Positions 26,839 to 36,263 of a DNA stretch of 64,000 nucleotides are shown in pieces. The translations under genes and the position numbers were made by a program. The DNA lies in sequence record PV764603.1; one strand, given 5' to 3'. Under the pieces are notes generated by a model, which saw only the letters and a program-made list of their open reading frames with translations, did no database searches and was not told where the DNA came from. Each line of letters starts with the position of its first letter. The stretch's first letter is position 1.

Positions 26839-28836
26839 ATGGCAAACCCGATTGGTAACAATCAAGCTTCTGACGTTTATGTCAGTGAGCTTAACCTCAG
26901 CACCATCATCACTACGGTAGCAACTTCGGTTGGCGCTATGGTGGGTGCTACTACGCAAGGCAAGCTGGGCCGCCAGTTGGTCAGCGACTACGCCTCGTTC
27001 AAGACGCAGTACGGTCCGAGCAACCCGTCGCAGTCTCGCGTGCACATGGCGGTACGTGATTACTTCACCAAGGGTGGCGAAGGTATCATCTTCAAGCGCG
27101 TCTGTGGTGCCGGTTACAAGTATGCAGGTGTCCTCCTGCAATACACCGGGTCGACTGGTAATCAGACCCTCAAGCTGACGCCGTATGGCATCGGCGGTGA
27201 GAATCCGGCTGACACCATCGACTTCCGCAGCGCCGGTGGCGTGTCGGACTCGAATCAGAACCTGTGCTACATCTACGGTATTGGTCCGGGTACTCGTTAC
27301 AACCAGTACGCGATCAGCATCACCTCCAACAACATCATGCCTCCGGGCAACCTGAGCCTGACGCCTGCCCTTACCGGCGGCATCTTGCAGGGTGGCACGC
27401 AGTACACCTACGGTGTCTCGGCCATGAGTGCCTTGGGTGAAACTCTGACCTCCACCCAGCTGAACATCACGCTGGAGCAGACCACCAGTGGTTCCGTCGT
27501 CATTTCGTGGGACCCGGTCCCCGGTGCCATCGGCTATCGCATCTACGGTCGTTCGACTGGTTCGACTGGCACTGGCACTGTGTCGCTGGGCCTGATTGGT
27601 TCGGTTGGTCAGGGCATCGTGCAGTTCGTGGATACCGGCCGCACTGTTCCCACCACTGTTCCGCCGACTCCGGTCAACTCGAACAGTAACCGCTTCACGT
27701 TCACTGACGTGTTTGCAATCAACGTGTACGATCTGGCTTCCAGCGTCAATGCCCCGGTCGAGACTCACGCTGTCACGCTTGCCCCGAGTGTCAACGGTAT
27801 GCAGCAGCAGCAGGAAATCGAGACGGTCATCAACACGCAGTCGCAGTACATTCGCGTGGTGAGTAACTACCCGAACATGACTGTGGCTCCTCCGACCATC
27901 TTCACGTTGCAGGCTGTCACGATGAACGGCGGCGCTAACGGCGCAGCTGTGACCTCGGCGGACCTCATCAACGGTTGGCAGGCTTTCGCTGACAAGGACA
28001 CCGTGCAGGTTGCCCAACTGATTGACGGCGGCTACGCTATCCCGTCGGTCCAGAAGGCTATGCTGTCGATTGCCAAGGATCGTCAGGACTGCGTGGTGTT
28101 CGGTGACGTTCCGTCCGATCAGCAGAACGCGATTGACGCGGTGGCTTACCGCACCCTGACTCTGAATGAAAACAGTGATCGCATCATGCTGTTCACTTCG
28201 GACATTCAGGAAATCGATCCTGACACCAACTCGTTGGTTTGGGTGCCGGGCTCCGGTGCAGCGGCAGGTTCGGCGGCGGCTGTGGACAGTCAGATTGGTT
28301 CGGGTGGCTCCATCGCAGGCCCGACCTACGGTGCGATTACCACTGCGGTCAAGCTGCGCCACAACTACACCAAGGCACAGCGTAACATGCTGGCCGGTTC
28401 GCAGGTTAACTACTGGCGTAGCCGTACCGGCATCGGTACGTACCTCGCCGAGCAGAAGACTTGCTCGACGCCCATTTCGGCCGTCACCTACTACTCTGTG
28501 CGTCGTATCTTCGACGTGATGGAGCAGTCGATTGAACTGGCTCTGACCTACTCGCTGCAAGCTCCGAACACGCAGTTCACTGCGCAGCAGATTGCGAGCA
28601 TGCTGACTCAGTACCTCAACGGACTGGTTTCGGCACAGCGCATCAACGGCTTCAGCGTGCGAGTGGACAACTCTCCGGCAGTGCGTGCTCAGGGCAACCT
28701 GCAAGTGTATGCGGCTATCGAACCGATCCTGCCCATCGACAAGATCGGTCTGCTGACCATCATCACCCCGCAGGGCGCCAACTTCGAGGAAATCCTCGGC
28801 AACGTGGCTCCGGGCGCAACCGTCTCTGCAACCTAA
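26839..28836 (+). CDS. tail sheath protein with an inserted FN3/Ig-like domain
   Basis: SDVYVSELNLS N-terminus, FKTQYGP, QLIDGGY, SVRRIFDVMEQSI, GNLQVYAAIEP sheath motifs. Confidence 0.93.
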   Translation: MANPIGNNQASDVYVSELNLSTIITTVATSVGAMVGATTQGKLGRQLVSDYASFKTQYGPSNPSQSRVHMAVRDYFTKGGEGIIFKRVCGAGYKYAGVLLQYTGSTGNQTLKLTPYGIGGENPADTIDFRSAGGVSDSNQNLCYIYGIGPGTRYNQYAISITSNNIMPPGNLSLTPALTGGILQGGTQYTYGVSAMSALGETLTSTQLNITLEQTTSGSVVISWDPVPGAIGYRIYGRSTGSTGTGTVSLGLIGSVGQGIVQFVDTGRTVPTTVPPTPVNSNSNRFTFTDVFAINVYDLASSVNAPVETHAVTLAPSVNGMQQQQEIETVINTQSQYIRVVSNYPNMTVAPPTIFTLQAVTMNGGANGAAVTSADLINGWQAFADKDTVQVAQLIDGGYAIPSVQKAMLSIAKDRQDCVVFGDVPSDQQNAIDAVAYRTLTLNENSDRIMLFTSDIQEIDPDTNSLVWVPGSGAAAGSAAAVDSQIGSGGSIAGPTYGAITTAVKLRHNYTKAQRNMLAGSQVNYWRSRTGIGTYLAEQKTCSTPISAVTYYSVRRIFDVMEQSIELALTYSLQAPNTQFTAQQIASMLTQYLNGLVSAQRINGFSVRVDNSPAVRAQGNLQVYAAIEPILPIDKIGLLTIITPQGANFEEILGNVAPGATVSAT

Positions 28837-28837
28837 T

Positions 28838-28864
28838 GGATGGGGCTTCGGCCCCATTCCCTTT
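28838..28864 (+). terminator. hairpin/terminator after sheath
   Basis: GGATGGGGC-TTCG-GCCCCATTCC-CTTT. Confidence 0.65.
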
Positions 28865-28886
28865 CACCATCAAGAGGTAATTCTAC

Positions 28887-29402
28887 ATGGCCCGTACTTG
28901 GGTACTTCAAGACCTCGCCGGATTGCCGGATCCGCTTCAGCCGTACAACTTCGACCTGTCCATCCCCAACGTACCGGGTGGTGGTAATGGTTACCAGTTG
29001 ATGCTGCGCTGCGCGTCCGCCACCCTGCCGGGTCACGCTAACGAGGATGGTATCCTGCCACTGCGTGGTTCGGAAATCACCTACGCTGGTCGTCCGCTGT
29101 GGGAACACGCGTTTAACCCCACGTTCTCTGAACACCGCGATATGGTTTCCCGTCAGTCGCTGCTGAACTGGATTCTGTACGCACGCGACAACCGCACCAG
29201 CCCGACTGCTGGTGCGTACATGACGAACTATAAGACCATTGGCGACCTCATCATCTACGATGACATTGGTAAAGAAATTCGTCGTATCCGACTCCACGGT
29301 CTGTGGTGTCAGAGCTTGCAGGAAGCGCAGCTTGAATCGCAGGGTAGCGGCCCGGTGATGCTCGGCGCTTCGTTCCGTTACGATTGGTTTGAAGACCTGT
29401 AA
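28887..29402 (+). CDS. tail tube protein (T4 gp19-like)
   Basis: 171 aa directly after the sheath; PLQPYNFDLSIP, ITYAGRP, LHGLWC, ASFRYDWF. Confidence 0.85.
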   Translation: MARTWVLQDLAGLPDPLQPYNFDLSIPNVPGGGNGYQLMLRCASATLPGHANEDGILPLRGSEITYAGRPLWEHAFNPTFSEHRDMVSRQSLLNWILYARDNRTSPTAGAYMTNYKTIGDLIIYDDIGKEIRRIRLHGLWCQSLQEAQLESQGSGPVMLGASFRYDWFEDL

Positions 29403-29418
29403 CCAATCAGGCACGTCG

Positions 29419-29450
29419 AAGGGGCCGTAGGTAACACTACGGCCCTTTTC
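29419..29450 (+). terminator. intrinsic terminator after tube
   Basis: AAGGGGCCGTAG-GTAACA-CTACGGCCCTTTT. Confidence 0.7.
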
Positions 29451-29484
29451 TGATTCAGGCACTCCAAACCACTGAGGTAACAGC

Positions 29485-30339
29485 ATGGCGTTCTCTCTAA
29501 AGCTACCGGGTGTGGAAGCACTCGGAAAACAAGTTGCTGGCTTCGCTGGTGGTGTCGCCAAGCAGATCGGTGGCAATCTTCTCGCTCCAATCGCTAACCT
29601 TACTTCCGGCAACGGTGGTTACTCAAAGGTTCCTTCGGGCGGCCAGATCGGTGACTACGTTGGTGGCCTGCTTAGTAACGCAGCCAAGAACAAGTATCGT
29701 GAAGTAACTGGAGACTTGGTTAACAAGATCGGTAGTAAGGTAGGCAAGCAGCTTGCAGGTGCGTTGTTCTCTAACGTGTTGTCTACCGGCTATGGAACTG
29801 GTCAGTTGAAGGAGCTTGTAGCCCGAGGTGATCCGCACCTTCTCATCGACTGGTCCATCATCATGCCTAGCCTCAAAGGTGCGAATGGTCTGTCGGATTC
29901 CTTGGTTGAGTCGATTGACTTTAGTGCTCCTAGCTATGGCACACGCCGCATCCAGTTGGGCACCACTCACGTGAACTATCCTGGGTATAAGGAAAATTCA
30001 CCAATCAACATTGTCTTTGCGGAAGACACTGACCACACGGTATCACAGTACCTTAATTGGTGGCGGTCGTGTATTCGTGACGTTGACGGCACTTACTCCT
30101 ATCCGCAGTCGTACAAAGCGGACATCAACGTCCTAGCTCTAACTCCAGATGGCAAGGTCGCAGCGATGATGACTTTGCTCGGTTGTTACCCCGACGGTCC
30201 CTTGTCTTATCCGTATGCCTCGGGCACATCTGAATACCTCCGGTTGCATCAGTCGTTCGCATGCGACCATGTTGCCTTCTCGTACCCCAACTCGGGTACG
30301 GTGAGTGTAGGTAATGCACAGACGATTCCCAGTACCTGA
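29485..30339 (+). CDS. tube-initiator-like protein (tube paralogue, gp54/gp48 class)
   Basis: C-terminal half has tube-fold pattern (INIVFAEDTD..VSQYLNWW, LLGCYP); amphipathic Gly-rich N-terminus. Confidence 0.65.
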   Translation: MAFSLKLPGVEALGKQVAGFAGGVAKQIGGNLLAPIANLTSGNGGYSKVPSGGQIGDYVGGLLSNAAKNKYREVTGDLVNKIGSKVGKQLAGALFSNVLSTGYGTGQLKELVARGDPHLLIDWSIIMPSLKGANGLSDSLVESIDFSAPSYGTRRIQLGTTHVNYPGYKENSPINIVFAEDTDHTVSQYLNWWRSCIRDVDGTYSYPQSYKADINVLALTPDGKVAAMMTLLGCYPDGPLSYPYASGTSEYLRLHQSFACDHVAFSYPNSGTVSVGNAQTIPST

Positions 30340-30390
30340 GCATCCTCAAGCAAATAACCACCACATAAGGAACCAAGAAAGGTAACGATT

Positions 30391-30771
30391 ATGCGTGAGA
30401 TTGCAGCACTCAGCAAAGAGACTTTTCGTAACTGGCCCATCGAGCGTCGGGAAGCCTATCTAAAGGCTCACCCGAACAGCAAGTTCCACTACCATGAACT
30501 GATTGAGCGCAAGGGCGTCAAGCTCCCCGCGACCACCCCTAAGCTTGGTACAAACTGGGCTGAGCACGCACGCTATCCAGACCCGGATCACCATCGCCGC
30601 CACGCGAAGGCACACGCTATCGCGGCGGAGCATATCAAGGAACAGGCAAAGAAGCACCGGGCTCATACCCCTGCCTACCATGATTTGCTGGAGCAGGCAT
30701 CCCTGCGCCTCAAATGGAAGGAACGGCACGAAAAGCTCTACAAGAAGCTGGCCGACGATCTACTGAAGTAA
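30391..30771 (+). CDS. His-rich basic protein (internal head?)
   Basis: 13 His in 126 aa; REAYLKAHPNSKF motif. Confidence 0.7.
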   Translation: MREIAALSKETFRNWPIERREAYLKAHPNSKFHYHELIERKGVKLPATTPKLGTNWAEHARYPDPDHHRRHAKAHAIAAEHIKEQAKKHRAHTPAYHDLLEQASLRLKWKERHEKLYKKLADDLLK

Positions 30772-30800
30772 CACTCACTTGATTTCCTGGACTACAACCC

Positions 30801-31874
30801 ATGACCTCCAAGAACGAACTGCCTGCACGTAAGCGCAAACTTGCGTTCACTGTTACCACCAAGACGGCTGAAGGCGAGACTATTGCCGAAAGCCGTCCTC
30901 GCCAAGACCCTCCGAAACCTGTAGCTGCTCCGCCACCTATGGGCGGTAACTCGGGTGGTCGTATGAAGGTAGCACTGCCTACTGTAGCAGAGGAAGAACG
31001 CGAAGCCACTCTCGCCGATTCGGACTCACGCTATATCGAAATCGACCACCTGCCTAGCGGCGGTGTGTTCTATCCCTTCGAGCGTCTGAGTATTCGCCGC
31101 CTCGGCGTACCCGAGGTACGCAAGGCGTATCAGGCTCACATGACCAAGAGCTTCCGCACCTTCGTGCAGATTCTCACTCCTAGCATCGACCGCGATGCTT
31201 ACTCGTTGACCATTGGTGATTTCTGGTACCTGATGTACTTCCATCAGAGTAACAGCTACCCGAAGTCTCCTGCTACCATGTCGTTTGAGTGTATGGGCAA
31301 GGAGCATCTGGAGAAGGTCAAGAACGGCGAACTTGAGCCCGAAACCCTCCGTCAGAAGATGGAAGTGCGCTACAAGGAATTGAAAGAGCATTCCATCAAC
31401 GAGGAAATCGGTTACCAGCTTGCTGAACTGATTAGTGAAGTACGTGAACGCTTCAACGTTACCCTGTATCCCCCGACGGTTCAGGACACGATTGAAATGG
31501 TTGAAGAAATGGAAGCGCTCGATGAGAAGGCTCTGAACGCCTCGTCTTCGGACAAGCTTGCTACTTCGGCTCTCGACTTCGTGCGCAACAAGAGCGCATA
31601 CGCTGATCTTGAATGGATCAACGAGTACGCCTCCTACCTGCACCCGGCCATACACGGCACTTCCATCAAGCAGCGTAGGGAGTTCCTTGATTCGCTGGAC
31701 AACGACATGCTTGAACTGTTCGATTACATCGACCGCTTCAAGAAGCTGTCCCAGCACGGCATTGTGGAAACTGTCAAAACTAAGTGTACGGTGTGCGCGG
31801 CTGAGAGGATGGTTCCGACCTCCCTCTCGGCCGCCATGTTTCTTCCCGATCTACAGCGAGCAAAGCTTGCTTGA
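30801..31874 (+). CDS. baseplate hub assembly / tail assembly chaperone (T4 gp26-like)
   Basis: LPSGGVFYP..LSIRRLGVPE, LTIGDFWYLM, terminal CTVC Zn motif; precedes the tape measure gene. Confidence 0.75.
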   Translation: MTSKNELPARKRKLAFTVTTKTAEGETIAESRPRQDPPKPVAAPPPMGGNSGGRMKVALPTVAEEEREATLADSDSRYIEIDHLPSGGVFYPFERLSIRRLGVPEVRKAYQAHMTKSFRTFVQILTPSIDRDAYSLTIGDFWYLMYFHQSNSYPKSPATMSFECMGKEHLEKVKNGELEPETLRQKMEVRYKELKEHSINEEIGYQLAELISEVRERFNVTLYPPTVQDTIEMVEEMEALDEKALNASSSDKLATSALDFVRNKSAYADLEWINEYASYLHPAIHGTSIKQRREFLDSLDNDMLELFDYIDRFKKLSQHGIVETVKTKCTVCAAERMVPTSLSAAMFLPDLQRAKLA

Positions 31875-31875
31875 A

Positions 31876-32028
31876 ATGCAGATGCAGATCGAAGCTTACC
31901 TAAACGTGACGATTGACAAGGACATGGAGTTCCGTGCCTTGTATTATCGCTACGCCAAGGTGAAAGAAGAACTGCGGAAGCAAGAGGAAGAAAATAAGCG
32001 CCGCCAGCAATCTAGAGGACAACGGTAA
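31876..32028 (+). CDS. 50-aa chaperone extension (gp51/gpT-like), possibly reached by +1 frameshift
   Basis: +1 frame open from 31558 across the upstream stop; no SD before ATG 31876. Confidence 0.55.
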   Translation: MQMQIEAYLNVTIDKDMEFRALYYRYAKVKEELRKQEEENKRRQQSRGQR

Positions 32029-32030
32029 TC

Positions 32031-34796
32031 ATGGCAAAGCGCCCTCCTAGCAAGCCCATCAAGGGCAAAGTCAAAACCAAGCTGCTGGATCAGCCGCCTG
32101 TACGAAAGGCCATCCCGAAGACTGCCGGTAGGGCCTTGAACAACGACAAGATCAAGGTATCGGCGCAGTTGAAGAAGCCTACCGAAGCTGCGAAGCGTGC
32201 TGCCAAGGCGAACAAGAAGGCAATCGTCAAGCCGGTTCCACCCCCTATCGACCCACGACTGCTAGGTAAGAACGGGCGCCCGCTTGTCGGTGCTGCACTC
32301 AAGATGCGCCTTGACAAGATCAGGGCCACGGGCGCACGCCCTCCTGAATCTCCGCCGCTTGATAAGAACGGGCGTCCACTAGCAGGCAACGCCCTTCGCA
32401 TGTGGCAGATGAAGAAGGACCGGGAGTACGCCGCTGCACGTGAGCACGCAATTCGCAATCTGAAAATCACTGCACCTCAGGAAGAGACCGATCCTATCGG
32501 GGTGGCCGCAGCCGCTTCAATTCAACAGCAGCTGGCAGGCGACCTTGACCCGGAAGAGCAGCATCGACTTCGGCAGATGGAACTGCGTGACCGTATGCGC
32601 ATGGCCAAGTTCAACATCCGAGTACGTGCTCGAAAGGCCGCTGAGAAACAACAGCAGATGGCCGAACAAGCTCAGATGGAAAACACAGCACAGTCTATGC
32701 GTGAACGTGTGGAAGAGTGGCGCATTAATCGAGGGGATAACTACGCAGCCTCGGACTACGAGACGGAAGTAGCAGACACTGCCACTGCTCTCGATAATTG
32801 GACGGGTCCTATTGTCCAGAGTCTTGCTGACATTGAGCATCCCTCTGCACCGTCTTCTGCACCCCGACGTCGTAGTAAGCGAGGCTGGCGTCCTAGCAGC
32901 TGGCAAGCACGTGGTTACCCGAAGCCTTGGGAAGACCCTGAGCAGGTTGCGTTGATGGAAGACGCTGGCGTTCCGCCGGACTCTCCCACTACCAACCCAC
33001 GCCAGCGCGATGAGAAGATCACGCAGAGCGAAATCGAAGCGGCTGAAAAGATTTCCGAAGTCATTGGCGACAAGATCGAGGAAGTCATCGAAACCAAGCG
33101 CTCTAAGCGTAAGGTCGAAGACGCAGAAGCCCCTGACGATCCAGAACACGTCATCATTGAACCGAAGGACAACAAGGAATTGTTCAACGGTCTGGACAAC
33201 ATCGGTAACGTTGGTCAGGACTTGGCAGACACCATGTCCGAACAGTTCAAGCAAGAGGAGCGTAACCGCCGACGCGCTGAACTAGATCGTAAGCGTAAGG
33301 CTAGCCGGGACGATGACTTCGGCATGCCCTCGGGATTCCGCAATGCCGCTGCTATCGCTGCCGCAGGCCCCAAGCAGCTTCTGAGCGAAGTCGGTAACGT
33401 GCTCAAGAGCCTCGTTGGTGTTGGTGGTATCCTCGGAACTCTGTGGGCTGTGCGTGAGAACTTCGACCGCGCTCCCCGAGTGATGAACTCTATCACCAAG
33501 GGTTTTAAGGGATTGATGGCGAGCGCTTACGACTTGGTAGGTATGCACGATGAAGCAGACGCCCTCCGTGCAGAAGCTGACGCGATTCAAGACAAAGACC
33601 TTGCTTCGGGTAAGGACGCTGCTGTCGTTGGTGGTACTGTCGCAGGTGCTTCATTGTTTACGCGTCCGGGACGCTGGCTTGCAGGTAAGCTGATGCGTGG
33701 CGGCTGGCGCGCAGGTGGTAGTCTTCTAGGCCGTGCCGCTACTCTGGCACGTGCTAACCCTTGGGTGGCTGGTGCTATGGCCATGTTCCATACCGAAGAC
33801 CTCGGTGGTCCTGAACGTGCTGATGGTACTCGCTCCGATGAAATGCCGCTCGCTATGCCAATGCGTACTCCGCAGCAGCTAGAAGCCGACTTCAACAGCA
33901 CCGATCCTAAGCGTCGTGAATATGCTGCGCGTGTGCGTGTTGCGCAGAAGTATTGGGATGACAAAAATCGGACGTACACCGTAGACAAGGACGCGTTTGA
34001 CGCAGAAGTAAGGGCGCTCTTGCGAGGCGATGACACTTCGGGGTGGAACTCTGCACGTGCTTCTAGCGGTGCAGGTAACTTCTCTATCTCGCAGGGTCAG
34101 CGTGATCTCATGAGTGGTACGTATCAAGCTTTCCGCAAAGCGGGCCTCTCTCATGAGGGTGCACTTGCCCACACGGCTGAGATTGGACGCGAAGGTGCCT
34201 TCCTTGGCAAGAACGTGTTCGGTAGTCACGTCGATCCTGCTAATGGCGCAACCAACGTTGGCTTCATGAGTTGGCAGGGCTCCCGAGGCAAGGCACTTAT
34301 GGCTCGCTTGCAGTCTAAGGGAATGCTCAACTCCGACGGCAGCATCATCCCAAGTCAGGCAGCGTTGGATGAAATGGCACAGTTCTCCGTTGATGAAATG
34401 GCGAATGGCTCCAAGGATCAGCAGGCAACTCTTGAGTACCTGAAGCGTGACAACATCAGCTCTAACCGGGCGATGGATATGCTTGGCGAGAATCACATCA
34501 AGTGGCGCATCAACGATCCTAAGTACCGTGCTTCGGGTATCCGTAATCGTACTGGCTACTACAACGAAGCCAGTAAGCTCATGGGTCAGGGCACCATGCA
34601 GCAGATTCCTAACGAGGTTACTCCGTTCCAGTCCAAGGAATCGGTGCAGCCCCAGCAAGACTGGAATCAGATGAAGCGTGATATGGGCCTCAGTGCAACG
34701 CCGTTCCCCTCCAACCGTGGCGAAATGCCTAGTCTTAGTTCCAGCTACATTGATGACATGCTGCTTGTTGGCATCAATGGCGGTCTCATCACTTGA
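32031..34796 (+). CDS. tape-measure-like protein with C-terminal phage tail lysozyme domain
   Basis: 921 aa after the chaperone; YQAFRKAGLSHEGALAHTAEIGRE...VGFMSWQGSR is Phage_lysozyme2-like. Confidence 0.75.
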   Translation: MAKRPPSKPIKGKVKTKLLDQPPVRKAIPKTAGRALNNDKIKVSAQLKKPTEAAKRAAKANKKAIVKPVPPPIDPRLLGKNGRPLVGAALKMRLDKIRATGARPPESPPLDKNGRPLAGNALRMWQMKKDREYAAAREHAIRNLKITAPQEETDPIGVAAAASIQQQLAGDLDPEEQHRLRQMELRDRMRMAKFNIRVRARKAAEKQQQMAEQAQMENTAQSMRERVEEWRINRGDNYAASDYETEVADTATALDNWTGPIVQSLADIEHPSAPSSAPRRRSKRGWRPSSWQARGYPKPWEDPEQVALMEDAGVPPDSPTTNPRQRDEKITQSEIEAAEKISEVIGDKIEEVIETKRSKRKVEDAEAPDDPEHVIIEPKDNKELFNGLDNIGNVGQDLADTMSEQFKQEERNRRRAELDRKRKASRDDDFGMPSGFRNAAAIAAAGPKQLLSEVGNVLKSLVGVGGILGTLWAVRENFDRAPRVMNSITKGFKGLMASAYDLVGMHDEADALRAEADAIQDKDLASGKDAAVVGGTVAGASLFTRPGRWLAGKLMRGGWRAGGSLLGRAATLARANPWVAGAMAMFHTEDLGGPERADGTRSDEMPLAMPMRTPQQLEADFNSTDPKRREYAARVRVAQKYWDDKNRTYTVDKDAFDAEVRALLRGDDTSGWNSARASSGAGNFSISQGQRDLMSGTYQAFRKAGLSHEGALAHTAEIGREGAFLGKNVFGSHVDPANGATNVGFMSWQGSRGKALMARLQSKGMLNSDGSIIPSQAALDEMAQFSVDEMANGSKDQQATLEYLKRDNISSNRAMDMLGENHIKWRINDPKYRASGIRNRTGYYNEASKLMGQGTMQQIPNEVTPFQSKESVQPQQDWNQMKRDMGLSATPFPSNRGEMPSLSSSYIDDMLLVGINGGLIT

Positions 34797-34804
34797 GGTA
34801 ACAC

Positions 34805-35869
34805 ATGGGATTTTCTATCGGCGGTTTTGTAAAGTCGGCCTCGACTTCTGTGGCCAACTACGCCACCAACACTGCAAAGGGAGCGATCAACAAAGCTTAC
34901 GGGTCTGTTACTGAAGCACTCAACCGATCCATCGGTATTGGTGGTAGCCCACTTGAGCAGCGCAAGTTGGCAGATCAGAATGCGAGCAGTGAATTGCAGC
35001 AAGCCTACACCCCGAACGCCGCGTATCAGGTTATCTTGAGCGCGGATACGGATAACGGCGAGCCCCTAATCGTCTCCGGCTGGTATGGAGCGGAGACGCT
35101 TAACTTCAGTTTTGGTGGTAGCTATGATGCACCATTTGCTCAGGGCCTCCTGAGCATGATGGGCGGGCCCACTCTGGAAACCATTGCACGCCTGAACGGT
35201 GTGCAGTCGGTTACCAAAGATATGACTGCACAGATTTGGCAGGGTGCTACCCGTATTGCTGTGGACATTCCGTTGGTGATCGCAGCACAGTACGATGGCG
35301 AGCAGGAAATCATGCAGACCATCAACAGCTTGGCCCGCATGGCATTGCCTTCTGAAACTGAGAGTGGCTTCCTGCGTGCTCCGGGTCCGCGTCCAAATCT
35401 GAATCGTGCAGTTGACAACATCGGAGACACCTTCAACAACATTTCCACTGGCTTTAAGGACTTCGCTAAGGAAGCTGCTTCGGGTGGGCTCAACAAGCAG
35501 TCCCTGACGCAGGTTCTTTCCGGCGGTCCCAATAGTCTGCTTGGTGCGAGTGCTGAATTCATTGGCTCGCCCGTGCGTGAAGTGGAGGGCAACATTGCGT
35601 TGAAGATCGGTAACATCCTGCACCTAGAGAGTGTGGTGGTTGAGAGCATCAGTCCGACTATCGAATGGCAGTTGGATGGACGAGGTAAGCCCATGTTTGC
35701 AACCATCAACATTCACGTGAGTACGTTCAAAATTCCTACGGCAGAGGAAATGACCAACATCCTCATGCTCAGTGCTCCCACTCCTAGCCGTGCGCAGAAC
35801 CAGCAGTCTCAGAACTTCGGTTCGATTGACCTGTTTGGCAACAACATGCAAGATTTCATCGGAGGGTAA
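34805..35869 (+). CDS. baseplate / tube-initiator structural protein
   Basis: Position after tape measure; WQLDGRGKPMFATINIHVST pattern. Confidence 0.6.
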   Translation: MGFSIGGFVKSASTSVANYATNTAKGAINKAYGSVTEALNRSIGIGGSPLEQRKLADQNASSELQQAYTPNAAYQVILSADTDNGEPLIVSGWYGAETLNFSFGGSYDAPFAQGLLSMMGGPTLETIARLNGVQSVTKDMTAQIWQGATRIAVDIPLVIAAQYDGEQEIMQTINSLARMALPSETESGFLRAPGPRPNLNRAVDNIGDTFNNISTGFKDFAKEAASGGLNKQSLTQVLSGGPNSLLGASAEFIGSPVREVEGNIALKIGNILHLESVVVESISPTIEWQLDGRGKPMFATINIHVSTFKIPTAEEMTNILMLSAPTPSRAQNQQSQNFGSIDLFGNNMQDFIGG

Positions 35870-35872
35870 CGC

Positions 35873-36262
35873 ATGAACCAGTACAAGCAGCGTACCTATA
35901 TCCCGGTGACGACTGTTCCTGTGGACGTGAAGGGTAGCGAGACTGAGCAGCTGCTGGATTATCTGGCAAGCTCGATGAACAATCCTCAGTTCCGATTGTC
36001 GAAACAGATTCCTGTCAGCACTCCTGAAATGATTACTCCGAAATACGAGTTTTCGCCGGAGATCATGAGCTATGACAAGTACGGTACTGAGTATCTGTGG
36101 TGGGTGCTATGCAGGTACAACGGCATCATCCATCCCCTCCACCCCATCCTCGGCTTCGTCGCTGGTAATTGGGTCAACGTTCCTAGCGCTGCTGACGTTA
36201 CGCAGTGGCTCAAGAACATCGGTCTTGACCAGCAACAAATTTCCCGTCTAGTAAGGGTCTAA
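35873..36262 (+). CDS. baseplate wedge protein (gp53/LysM-like)
   Basis: PEIMSYDKYGTEYLWWVLCRYNGIIHP pattern. Confidence 0.75.
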   Translation: MNQYKQRTYIPVTTVPVDVKGSETEQLLDYLASSMNNPQFRLSKQIPVSTPEMITPKYEFSPEIMSYDKYGTEYLWWVLCRYNGIIHPLHPILGFVAGNWVNVPSAADVTQWLKNIGLDQQQISRLVRV

Positions 36263-36263
36263 C

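Noticed and set aside
18895-28857. Very long minus-strand ORFs (18895..20676, 20741..22672, 26824..28857) opposite structural genes
   Set aside because: They mirror strongly codon-biased plus-strand genes; stop-free antisense frames are expected from that bias, and the translations carry no motifs
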